A stretch of DNA of 42,308 bases from Gemmatimonadota bacterium (GTDB lineage: Bacteria; Gemmatimonadota; Gemmatimonadetes; Gemmatimonadales; GWC2-71-9). Positions within the stretch are counted from its first letter, which is position 1. Each line of letters begins with the position of its first letter. A program made the translations under genes and the position numbers. The stretch is from positions 1 through 42,308 of the forward strand of contig JAZDCZ010000068.1 in the NCBI GenBank assembly GCA_036679605.1, read 5' to 3'. Below, piece after piece: positions 6,674 to 15,491 of the stretch. The notes beneath the pieces were generated by a model. The model did not search any database. It was not told where the DNA came from and was given only the letters and a program-made list of their open reading frames with translations.

Positions 6674-8709
6674 CGGACAAGATCATCTCTGACGCGGGTG
6701 CTGGGCGCGCGTTATTCCTCACGCGAGTAAAGCTGACCCTGCATGCGGTTTCGATGGCGATGTGGGCCGGCGCATTGCCCGGCTTCTTGTTGCCTCTAGT
6801 GCTGTGGATCAGCAGCTTGGCACCACACGATGTGGATCTGCTCAAAGCACGGGTTATGTCCCATGTAGTTAGCACGACGACAGCTAGGAAATGGGACATT
6901 CGGGACGAGGACGGTGTTCGGCGAGTGCTCACCGTTGTCCGTGATGATGGCGTTCCTGTGCAATTGTTGACGCCACATCAATTCCGCGTTGTGTCGGCGA
7001 ACCTGTCGCCACGTGTCGCGATGTTCGGTCGGGTTCTGCTGGTTTGTTGTGCTTGCGCCGTGGTTGGCTATGCACTGGTCTGGTGGTCGCTGAGCCGATT
7101 GGGCCGGAAGGCGCGCGAAAACAAGCGCCTCGATGGTGGCTTGGATGTGGTGACGCCTACCGAACTGGCAAAGCTCGTGAAGAAGGAAGGACCCGGCCCC
7201 TACAAGATTCTCGATATTCCGCTACCAAAGCAGGCACCTATGCAGGGCATTTTGTTTGCGGGCGCGCCAGGGACCGGGAAATCGCTCGGGCAACATGATC
7301 TGATGCAGCAGGTGTTTGCACGTCGCAAGAAATGCGTGATCTACGATCCAACCGGCGAGTACTTCAAGGCGTATTTCCGACCTGAGAAAGACATCTTCTT
7401 TAATCCGGCAATCAAAGGAACGGTGCCATGGTCGCTCTTTGCTGAACTGGAGAATACGTACGATTCGAACACGCTGGCCGAGGCATTCTTACCGAAGAAG
7501 GGTGGGGTGGTGCACGGTGCAAGCGCGTTCTTCGAAGATGCAGCGCGGGCGCTTTTCTCGGTCATTCTTCTGCGTCTCGCCCAGCGTGGCGCGCAGTACA
7601 CCCGCATCATTGCGGAAGCGATTCTGGACATGCCCGAAGACGAACTGGAACTGTTGATCCAGAAGTCTGTGGCCAGCTCTGCAGTTGGCGGTGACTCCAA
7701 AGGGCAACGCCAGGGCGTCATCAGCTCGATCTCCATTTATCTGGACGGCATTGCAGCCGTTCCGGACGGAAATTGGTCGTTGCGTGAGTTTTACGAGCGG
7801 GATGACGACACTCGTTTCTTCATTGTTGGGACGGATGACACCCAGGCAATGTTCTTGCCTCTGTTCCGACTGATCCTGACCGTTGCGTTCGGCATCATTG
7901 CCGCCAAACAGGAGGTTGTGCACGAAGACAAGTATTGGTTCTTCTTGGATGAAGTCGCCAAACTCGGCGATATCAAACTCGACGAGGTGCAGGCGCAGTT
8001 GCGGAAATATGGCGTCTGCGTTGCTGCCGCCATTCAGGCCGATAAACAGTTTGTGACGTCGATGGGGCCAGATCGAGGCGCCACGGTGATGAACTGTTTT
8101 GGTACGGCAGCGCTGCTCCGTGCCGTGGAGCCGGATCTGGCAGAGCGCATTGCAAAGCGGTTGGGGCGCCAGGAGGTGGCCGTTGTCAGCAAAGGCCAGG
8201 CGCTGGCAGTCACCGATTGGCGTGACGGCGGGTCACTGAACCAGGGCGAGCAAGAGAGGTGGGTGGTCATGCCCACCAACATCACGCGTATGAAAGACTG
8301 CACGGCGTATGTTCGCTTGCCTGGCGACTACCCTCCCGCCTTCGTGGATTATCGCAATTGGCTGCCGAAATGGTATCGGCCCTGGGCGCGGGCGGACCGA
8401 TTTAAGCCCAAACAAGACATGCCGCCGCGCGACGATCGATTCAAGGTCATCCGGGCGCAGGATCAGGACGCACTGGCCAGCGTGCGTGCCGAAGCGGAAG
8501 CCGCGCGCCAAGCTGCAGCAAAGGCAGCCGAAGAAGCGAAAGCGGCTGTTGAGAAGACGGGAGTCTGGGTCGTCAAGGACCTGGAAACCGGCGAATTGGT
8601 GCCGGCAGAGGCGTCGGAATCCGCACCTTCCACTGCACCCAAGTCGTCGGCCCAGGAGAATCAAGTTGTTTCAGCCGAAGCATCTTCAGCAGGGGGGTTG
8701 TTCCCATGA
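6670..8709 (+). CDS. trwB: type IV coupling protein (TrwB/TraD family)
   Basis: Two N-terminal TM segments, Walker A GAPGTGKS, IYDPTGEY, Walker B FFLDE, LRKYG..Q motif; low-complexity C-terminal tail. Confidence 0.95.
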   Translation: MTDKIISDAGAGRALFLTRVKLTLHAVSMAMWAGALPGFLLPLVLWISSLAPHDVDLLKARVMSHVVSTTTARKWDIRDEDGVRRVLTVVRDDGVPVQLLTPHQFRVVSANLSPRVAMFGRVLLVCCACAVVGYALVWWSLSRLGRKARENKRLDGGLDVVTPTELAKLVKKEGPGPYKILDIPLPKQAPMQGILFAGAPGTGKSLGQHDLMQQVFARRKKCVIYDPTGEYFKAYFRPEKDIFFNPAIKGTVPWSLFAELENTYDSNTLAEAFLPKKGGVVHGASAFFEDAARALFSVILLRLAQRGAQYTRIIAEAILDMPEDELELLIQKSVASSAVGGDSKGQRQGVISSISIYLDGIAAVPDGNWSLREFYERDDDTRFFIVGTDDTQAMFLPLFRLILTVAFGIIAAKQEVVHEDKYWFFLDEVAKLGDIKLDEVQAQLRKYGVCVAAAIQADKQFVTSMGPDRGATVMNCFGTAALLRAVEPDLAERIAKRLGRQEVAVVSKGQALAVTDWRDGGSLNQGEQERWVVMPTNITRMKDCTAYVRLPGDYPPAFVDYRNWLPKWYRPWARADRFKPKQDMPPRDDRFKVIRAQDQDALASVRAEAEAARQAAAKAAEEAKAAVEKTGVWVVKDLETGELVPAEASESAPSTAPKSSAQENQVVSAEASSAGGLFP

Positions 8710-9185
8710 AATCATTGTTTCTTCGTTGGGCGCTGATTGGTGGTGGCCTCGCTATTGCCGTGATTTGCTTTTTCTTTCACCAGCTATGGACGGCCGGGGT
8801 GGCATGGGTCGCGAGCGACTATGAGGGACAGCCCGTGCTGGCAGATGCTGACTTGAAGTCGCTCCGGGGAGTGAAATTCGTGTCCGAGGCGGCAATGCTG
8901 GCCCAAGTATCTGTGGATCATCTGGCCGTCCTGGCGCATGAGGGTAGCCGGGCGACCGTCAGCATGCAGCTGACGAGCTCGTATCCGGTGACGGTCTATC
9001 CGACTTTACGTGTCTTCTTGAAGGCCGGTGAGCGCACGGTTCGTACGCTGGAGCTCGGACCGACCGAATACGCTCATGCGAGCCGACTGCAGAGCGAGCA
9101 GGTCCGGGTGCCGATTGATTTGCGGCCTGGTGAAACCGGCTTTACTGCCAAGGCCTATTACCCGGATGCGGAGCCCAGCAAATGA
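8706..9185 (+). CDS. membrane-anchored beta-sandwich-like hypothetical protein (159 aa)
   Basis: N-terminal TM helix then beta-rich domain; ATGA-coupled on both sides. Confidence 0.7.
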   Translation: MKSLFLRWALIGGGLAIAVICFFFHQLWTAGVAWVASDYEGQPVLADADLKSLRGVKFVSEAAMLAQVSVDHLAVLAHEGSRATVSMQLTSSYPVTVYPTLRVFLKAGERTVRTLELGPTEYAHASRLQSEQVRVPIDLRPGETGFTAKAYYPDAEPSK

Positions 9186-12100
9186 TCTCGATGCAGCATA
9201 TCTCTGGCGCAGGCGTCGGCGACGCGGCGCGCTATCACGACAAGTCATTCAGCCAGAACGCAGGGCAGAAGGCGGATAACTACTACGTCAACGAGAAGGC
9301 GTCGGCCAGGTGGGAGGGGCGTGGCGCCGAGATTCTGGGCATCCAAGGCAAGGAAGTCGAGCGGGAAGCCTTCATCGACCTGCTCAACGGCAAGCTATTC
9401 AATCCGGCCACGGGTGAGGTACAGGATCTGGCGGAGAACAGCAAGGGAGAAGACCGCCGCGCCGGCATGGACTTCACCATCTCACCAGCGAAGAGCGTTT
9501 CCATTGCCGGCCTGGTGGGCAAGGACGAGCGCATCGTCGATGCGCACCTCGCGGCCAATCAACGGGCCATGGAATGGCTGGAGAAGCACGGCGCGATTGT
9601 GCGGGTGAAGGACGAGAACGGCCGCAACCGGTCGGTGGGCAAGCAGAACCTTGTTTATGCCACGGTGATGCACGAGACCAATCGGGAGAACGAGCCGCAG
9701 ATCCACAGCCACAACGTCATTGTGTCAGCCGTCTATGATGAGACCGACCAGAAGTGGCGCAGTCTGACGAACGATCAGATGTTGAAGCTGCGGGCCAAGG
9801 CCGACGTCATCTACAAGGCGGAACTCGCGCAAGGCCTCAAGCGTGCCGGCTACGAGCTGGAGTATGCCGACAACGGCGTCGATTTTGAGATCAAGGGGTT
9901 CAGTCCGGAGCACATCGAGCTGTACGCAACCCGGAAGAACCAGATTAAGGCGGCGCTGCTGGCGCGTGGCATCGAGCCCGGCAGTGCCAGTTTTGATGCG
10001 CGTCAGACGGCGGCGCTGGACAGCCGGTCGCGCAAGCAGGAGCTGCCTCGGGACGCCTTGCAGCAGATTTGGCAGGACGCCGGCCGCGATGCGGGTCTGA
10101 GCGTCGCGTCCATCGTGTCGCGTGCACGTGAGCGCGCTAAGGGCGTCGAGCAGGCTGTTCAGACGCGGGAGCGTGCAGACCGATTGCCGGGGAACGCCGG
10201 CGCCAGGCAAGTTGACGCTGTTGCCCAGAAAGCCGCCGTACGGGCCGTGTCTTGGGCCGTCGAACACTTATCCGAGCGTGAGCAGGCCTTCAGCCTGGTC
10301 GACGTCGAGCTGGCAGCTGTGAAGTTCAGCCGTGGTGGCATCGATGACGTGGACTGGGCCATCCAGCAACACATCAAAAACCATCTTCTGGTCGCACGTG
10401 GCACCGACACCGATGGGGCCATGATGTACACCACCCACCGCGCGATTGAAACCGAGATGCGGCTGAGTGAGCATATCCGTGCCGGCATGGGGGAGAACCG
10501 CGTGGTTCTCACAGGGCAGGCGGAATTCGATGCAGCGGTGCAGACGTTCGAAGCCAGGAAGGGGGCGGAACTTGGGGCGCCCTTCAAGCTGTCAGGCGAA
10601 CAATTGGAAGCCGCACGCAACTTGCTGATGCATCCGGATAGCTTTCAGGGCGTCCAGGGCGATGCCGGTACCGGTAAGACTGCCGCCCTGGAGATGGTGA
10701 ACGATGTGGCGAAGGCGCGCGGCTGGCGCGTGAGCGGGGTGGCGACTTCTGCGGCCGCAGCGAAGCAGTTGGAAGGTGACAGCGGCATCGAAAGCGATAC
10801 CGTGGCTGGTTATCTTTCGAAACGCGACAACCGCATCAAGGCGACCGAGCTGCGCCTTGCCGAGCTCCGCTCTGCCATGACGAGCCACGCCGCGCTTCGC
10901 AAGACCGCAAGTGCCCGCTTGGAAACCCACCGCTTGGCGGTCGCAGCAGAGGACGTGCGGTTTGGTACCCACCGCTACACGTTCGATCACCAGCGTGGCG
11001 AAGTCTTCCGATCCCGCGACAGTTTTGTGACCACCATCGGTGTCGTGTTGACCGATGTGGCAAACCGTCACCACGACGCCGCGGCTGCCGCACGCGAAAC
11101 GGCTACGACGCTAGGCGAGCGACTTCGCGCTCGCGCCTATGGCTTGGCGGTGAGCGCTTCGGACTCTCTGGGGCGGCGTATGGCGTCGTACGAGCAGGTC
11201 GGTACCGTGGAAGCGGTGGCGGCACGGACCACGCTCTACCTCACGCAAAGCGAGAAGACGGATTTGCAGCGCGAGATCGCTGTTAAGGAAGCTGAGTTGG
11301 CCAATCTGCGGCGCTGGGGCAATGCAGAGGGGCAGCGCACGCTCCTGGTGATGGACGAGTCGTCGCTGACGGGCGCGGCGGATACCGAGAAGATTGCGTC
11401 ACTGGCGCGTCAGATCGGCGCACGGGTGGTGTTGCAGGGCGACGTCAGGCAGCACGGTTCCGTGGCTTCCGGCCGAGCATTCGAGCAAGCGCAAGATGCT
11501 GGGATGCACGTGTCCTATCTGCAGGAGACACGGCGCTTCGTCGATGCCACCCCGCAGACCAAGCAGGCCTTGCTCGACATGAAGGCTGGCGAGTATGCGA
11601 AGGCGATCGGCCGGCTCGACACATTGGAAGTGGACAATTTAGATCTGGCCAGCACGGTGGCGACGCGCTACCTGACAAACCTGGAAGAACTGCGTGCGCG
11701 AGGGGTCGACAACCCCCGGGTCGGTGTTGTGGCAATCACTAATGCCGATCGCAAGAAGATCAACGCCGCGATTCACCGGCAACTGGCCGAGCATGGTGAG
11801 ATCTCCTCGGCGTCGTTCATCAAACCACACCTCGACGACCCCAAGATGACCAAGGCCGAGCAGACACAGGCAGTGATGTTGCGGCAGCACGGAGTCGACA
11901 CCCTGGTCTTCCGTAAGAGCTACCGGGAGATTGGCGTGGCCAAGGGTGACGTGCTTCAAGTCGTCGGCTATGACGTACCGGCCAACCGCATCCTCGCGAC
12001 CAACGCCCGGGGTAAGCGCATCGAGATCAACCCGCAGCGCCAGGATCTGTTCTCGCCAGCCAAGCGGGAGGAGCGTGCCTACGCCGTGGGGGACCGCGTC

Positions 12101-12628
12101 GAGGCCCGCGCCATCCTACATTTGCAGGGGCCGGACAAGGAGCCGGTGCGCATCGCTAACGGCACGGCCGGTGTAATTACGGCGATCGATGAGCATGGCG
12201 CCAAGGTGCAGTGGTCGCGGGTCAAGCACGCTTCTGATCTGAAGAATGACGATCTGCGCTACGTGGACCACGCCTATGCCCACACGTCTTACAAGGAGCA
12301 GGGGGCGACAAACCACCGCGAGATCGTTGCAGTGAGTGTCGTTGGCGCCAAGGTGTTCAATCGGCTGGCGGCCTACGTGGCAGCGTCGCGGGCCAAAGAC
12401 AACACCGAGGTGGTCACGGCTGATCGGGAGACCATGCTGCAGAATGCCGGCGCCGAAGTGAAGAAGACGACGGCCGTCGACATGAAAGAGGAACGCAAGC
12501 GCGCACAAACCAAGGACGTCGCGCAGCGCCAAGAGGCGGTTCAGACCCTGCAGCCCGCGCGAGCCGGCGCAGAGAAGGGGCGCGAAGCGGCAAAGGTCCG
12601 TGATCATGGCCAACTGCTTGAATGGTAG
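9182..12628 (+). CDS. trwC: MOBF relaxase-helicase (TrwC family)
   Basis: ARY...DNYY tyrosines, DFTISPAKSVS, HETNRENEPQIHSH (HUH); helicase GDAGTGKT, MDES, GDVRQH, HAYAHTSYKEQGAT, YVAASRAK. Confidence 0.97.
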   Translation: MISMQHISGAGVGDAARYHDKSFSQNAGQKADNYYVNEKASARWEGRGAEILGIQGKEVEREAFIDLLNGKLFNPATGEVQDLAENSKGEDRRAGMDFTISPAKSVSIAGLVGKDERIVDAHLAANQRAMEWLEKHGAIVRVKDENGRNRSVGKQNLVYATVMHETNRENEPQIHSHNVIVSAVYDETDQKWRSLTNDQMLKLRAKADVIYKAELAQGLKRAGYELEYADNGVDFEIKGFSPEHIELYATRKNQIKAALLARGIEPGSASFDARQTAALDSRSRKQELPRDALQQIWQDAGRDAGLSVASIVSRARERAKGVEQAVQTRERADRLPGNAGARQVDAVAQKAAVRAVSWAVEHLSEREQAFSLVDVELAAVKFSRGGIDDVDWAIQQHIKNHLLVARGTDTDGAMMYTTHRAIETEMRLSEHIRAGMGENRVVLTGQAEFDAAVQTFEARKGAELGAPFKLSGEQLEAARNLLMHPDSFQGVQGDAGTGKTAALEMVNDVAKARGWRVSGVATSAAAAKQLEGDSGIESDTVAGYLSKRDNRIKATELRLAELRSAMTSHAALRKTASARLETHRLAVAAEDVRFGTHRYTFDHQRGEVFRSRDSFVTTIGVVLTDVANRHHDAAAAARETATTLGERLRARAYGLAVSASDSLGRRMASYEQVGTVEAVAARTTLYLTQSEKTDLQREIAVKEAELANLRRWGNAEGQRTLLVMDESSLTGAADTEKIASLARQIGARVVLQGDVRQHGSVASGRAFEQAQDAGMHVSYLQETRRFVDATPQTKQALLDMKAGEYAKAIGRLDTLEVDNLDLASTVATRYLTNLEELRARGVDNPRVGVVAITNADRKKINAAIHRQLAEHGEISSASFIKPHLDDPKMTKAEQTQAVMLRQHGVDTLVFRKSYREIGVAKGDVLQVVGYDVPANRILATNARGKRIEINPQRQDLFSPAKREERAYAVGDRVEARAILHLQGPDKEPVRIANGTAGVITAIDEHGAKVQWSRVKHASDLKNDDLRYVDHAYAHTSYKEQGATNHREIVAVSVVGAKVFNRLAAYVAASRAKDNTEVVTADRETMLQNAGAEVKKTTAVDMKEERKRAQTKDVAQRQEAVQTLQPARAGAEKGREAAKVRDHGQLLEW

Positions 12629-12650
12629 TGTCGAGCACGGCAGCCATAAC

Positions 12651-12681
12651 GCAAAAGGCCCGAAATCTCGGGCCTTTTTGC
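12651..12681. terminator. bidirectional intrinsic terminator
   Basis: AAAAGGCCCGA-AATC-TCGGGCCTTTTT between convergent operons. Confidence 0.85.
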
Positions 12682-12698
12682 ATTTGGAGGTCTGCTAT

Positions 12699-12827
12699 TC
12701 AGTGTCGGAGGACACTGGCCAGCCCTGCCAGCGCCAGCAGGGCAAAGGCGAGCCAAGTAATCCACTGCGTTTTCTTGGCGAACTTCTGCCGGCGGCTGAG
12801 TTCGACTTTAGGGGCGTCTTGGCTCAC
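12699..12827 (-). CDS. 42-aa single-TM microprotein (absent from the ORF track)
   Basis: GTG overlaps the upstream TGA (GTGA), SD AGGAGG upstream; MSQDAPKVELSRRQKFAKKTQWITWLAFALLALAGLASVLRH; ends just before the terminator. Confidence 0.65.
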   Translation of the reverse strand: MSQDAPKVELSRRQKFAKKTQWITWLAFALLALAGLASVLRH

Positions 12828-13726
12828 TGGTCGCCCTCCTTTTTGCACTTGCCATCGGCCACACAGGCGTCCCAGAGCAGCAGGCGTTGCTGATAGTCGG
12901 CCTCGCGTGACTGTGCTACGGCCTCCGCCGTGGTGTCGGCGCCCGTGGCGGTCACAATGGCACGAATGAGCGCGTCGCGCTCGATGTCCGGTGTTTTGTC
13001 TACCTTGTAGGCGATCAGAATCTGACCAGTGGTGTCGCGGTTGAACTCGATGCGACGCACATCGATGGCCTTGTAGGCAGCTGGGTCGAGCGGCGGCAGG
13101 GGCGACGGCGCCATGGCGGCCATGGCCTGGCGCGGCAGGTTGCCGATTCCTTCCGCCAATCCAGAATTCGCCATCACCTGCACGCCGGTCGACGCGCCGA
13201 GCGCGCCAGATGGCAAGAAAAGCGCCCCCACCGACAGGGCATTGCCCAAGAGGTTGCGGGCGCGCATGTGGCCGGGCAGTGTGCGCGGATCACCCTGGCG
13301 TAGCACGAAGCGCTGGTAGTACGTGTCCTGCAGCTTGGCCAATCGCGGATAGTCCGACGGGGCCAGCGGCGTGCTGTCGGTGACATGGAAGTTGTAGGCG
13401 TCTTGGCGCACCAGCCGTGTGTTCAGGGATTTGAGTTCCGCCTCGACTCCGAGGGTGACCGGGTGGTCGCTGATGCCCTGAAACACCAGCGGACTGCCGC
13501 GGTAGCGGGTACCGTCGACGAAGACGTCATAGGAAACGCGGCGTTCGGTCACCGATTTCATCGTGTCTTCGAGCGCCGAGGTATCCCCGGACCAAAGGTC
13601 GATCGGGCGCACTACGATGATGTGCGCGCTGTCGGTATCTATCTCGACAGGTTTGGCGTGCGCAAGCGTCACGCAGCAGGCGGCGGCAGCAAAGATCAGA
13701 TAACTCAGAGAACGGGTTGGCAACAT
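12824..13726 (-). CDS. exported hypothetical protein (300 aa) with a central Gly-rich hydrophobic segment
   Basis: Signal peptide ending AHA-K from ATG 13726 (GAGG upstream); C-terminal Cys pair. Confidence 0.75.
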   Translation of the reverse strand: MLPTRSLSYLIFAAAACCVTLAHAKPVEIDTDSAHIIVVRPIDLWSGDTSALEDTMKSVTERRVSYDVFVDGTRYRGSPLVFQGISDHPVTLGVEAELKSLNTRLVRQDAYNFHVTDSTPLAPSDYPRLAKLQDTYYQRFVLRQGDPRTLPGHMRARNLLGNALSVGALFLPSGALGASTGVQVMANSGLAEGIGNLPRQAMAAMAPSPLPPLDPAAYKAIDVRRIEFNRDTTGQILIAYKVDKTPDIERDALIRAIVTATGADTTAEAVAQSREADYQQRLLLWDACVADGKCKKEGDQ

Positions 13727-13737
13727 GCGAGGGTTCC

Positions 13738-14070
13738 TCAGCTCTTGATGTTCAACGTCTTTTTCAGGGTATCGCAAGTGGCCGCTTGGGTCGCAAACGC
13801 ACCCACGCTTTCCTTGAGCGAGGTGTTCTCTGGCGACAGCTCCTGGACTTGCCGTTCGAGGGCGACGATGCGTGTGTCGCGCTCGCCCTTGTCTTTGGCG
13901 AGTTGCCCGTTTTCTTTGGTCAGGTCGGCAATCTTGCGCGTTTGCTCGGCCTTGGATTTTTCCAACTGTTGATTGGCTACGTACAGCGTGCCGGCGGCCC
14001 CAAGGGATGCAACTACGGCGACGGTTCCGAGGGTTGCGATGGCGAAGGTGCGGATTTTGGCCTTGTTCAT
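13738..14070 (-). CDS. membrane-anchored coiled-coil protein (110 aa)
   Basis: Basic N-terminus, one TM, heptad coil, single C-terminal Cys. Confidence 0.7.
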   Translation of the reverse strand: MNKAKIRTFAIATLGTVAVVASLGAAGTLYVANQQLEKSKAEQTRKIADLTKENGQLAKDKGERDTRIVALERQVQELSPENTSLKESVGAFATQAATCDTLKKTLNIKS

Positions 14071-14089
14071 GTTGTTTAGTGAGCTTGGG

Positions 14090-15481
14090 TCAGTAGGAGG
14101 GGAGCACTGCATTCGTGCCCGATTGCGCACTACCGCTGTGGGCGTTTTGCTGAATCGGTTGGTAGTTGCCGCCAATGTTGGTGGGCACATGCGAGATGGC
14201 CTGTTGTGTCATCTCGTCGGTGAACTCACTGAAGTCGACCTTGGTAAAGTCGATCGCGCTGATCTGATCTACCGTGAGTCCCGCGCATCCTTCCAGCGGC
14301 AGGCCTAGCTGAGTCTTGCCCTGAATGTTGACAATCTTGGCCAAAATCGAGTTGAACGAGCAGAATTCGTCTACATACTGGACGCAGCTGCCGAACGCCT
14401 TCTTGGAACACGACTCTTTGATGAACACACTTAGGTTGGCGCCTCTGTGCATCGCGAGCATCTGTTCTGCCTCTGAGCATTTGGACAGCGCTTGGTAGAC
14501 CTGCATCGCCACCATGATGGCGAACACATAGGGATTGAAGGCTAGGTAGCCGTTCGAACCAAATGATGCCAGCTGCATGTTGCCGCCTAAAAGGCCTGCC
14601 GACATCGTGCCTGTGCCGACAGTGAAACCATAGGCACCGACTGACAGTCCTCCCGCAGAAAGGGCGGTCCCCAACGAACCGTCGGCGAGCGAGAAGTTGC
14701 TGGCCAGCGCCTCACTAAAAATCCCATTCGAATACATCGCGTCAAACACATATGGCGATGCCATGTCGACGAGCTTCTCGCCCGCATACTTGGCCACCGA
14801 GGCTCCGGCGCCGACTACCGTAGTCAAGACCTGAGAATTAGTCTGCGCGCCGGGCATGCTCTTGCAGCAGTTCTGCACGCCCCCATAGCCCTTGCGGCAA
14901 CTCTCCGGCACGCCCCAGAAGATGCCGTTCTGACTGTCGCGGTAGCGCGCCGCCTCGCCGAGAATCTCCAACCCAACTGCGCCGTTGGTGAAGGTGCCTT
15001 TGCCGGGGGGGGGCGTAGGAAACCCACCGTTGTCGAACAAGCCGTCGGTGCAGGTGGTTTGCTGACCGGTTTCCTGCGCCTTGGTCAAGCACTTGTAGGT
15101 GTACTGCCATTCATTGCATTGCCCGGTTTCCGCTGTGGTGTCCATGCACTGGCTCTTGGTTACACCACAGGCTGGATTGTTGCGGTACTGCGCGCACGTG
15201 TCGGTTGTCCCACCGTCACAGGCGTAGTGGTACGTGTATTGCCAGCAACTGTATGGGACCTGTAGGGCTCCCGATGGTGGGGTCGCTGTCGACAAACAAA
15301 TTTGTTGGCCACTGCCGCTGGTCTTGCAGGGCGTCGCGTCAGCACAGCTCTGTGAGCCGGGTATCAGCTTGCAAGCACCTGGAGCAGGCGTGGTCTGAGC
15401 GAGTGCCGCGGTGGAACAGATGAGCCAGAGCGCGTGCACAAACGTGGCAAGCAGTCGCCATTGACGAAATGCGTGGAGCAC
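14090..15481 (-). CDS. traN: mating-pair stabilization protein TraN, C-terminal part (own signal peptide)
   Basis: NCCK, KCSEAEQML, CSKK, FCSFNSILAKIVNIQGKTQLG, CAGLTVDQISAIDFTKVDFSEF; GTG 15481 with GAGGG SD. Confidence 0.9.
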   Translation of the reverse strand: MLHAFRQWRLLATFVHALWLICSTAALAQTTPAPGACKLIPGSQSCADATPCKTSGSGQQICLSTATPPSGALQVPYSCWQYTYHYACDGGTTDTCAQYRNNPACGVTKSQCMDTTAETGQCNEWQYTYKCLTKAQETGQQTTCTDGLFDNGGFPTPPPGKGTFTNGAVGLEILGEAARYRDSQNGIFWGVPESCRKGYGGVQNCCKSMPGAQTNSQVLTTVVGAGASVAKYAGEKLVDMASPYVFDAMYSNGIFSEALASNFSLADGSLGTALSAGGLSVGAYGFTVGTGTMSAGLLGGNMQLASFGSNGYLAFNPYVFAIMVAMQVYQALSKCSEAEQMLAMHRGANLSVFIKESCSKKAFGSCVQYVDEFCSFNSILAKIVNIQGKTQLGLPLEGCAGLTVDQISAIDFTKVDFSEFTDEMTQQAISHVPTNIGGNYQPIQQNAHSGSAQSGTNAVLPSY

Positions 15482-15491
15482 GAGTAAGCCC

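Noticed and set aside
10820..11335. Intein in the relaxase
   Set aside because: No C/S start, no HN-C/S/T end and no LAGLIDADG motifs
13738..14070. Phage i-spanin (Rz)
   Set aside because: Topology is similar, but there is no overlapping lipoprotein o-spanin, holin, endolysin or phage context
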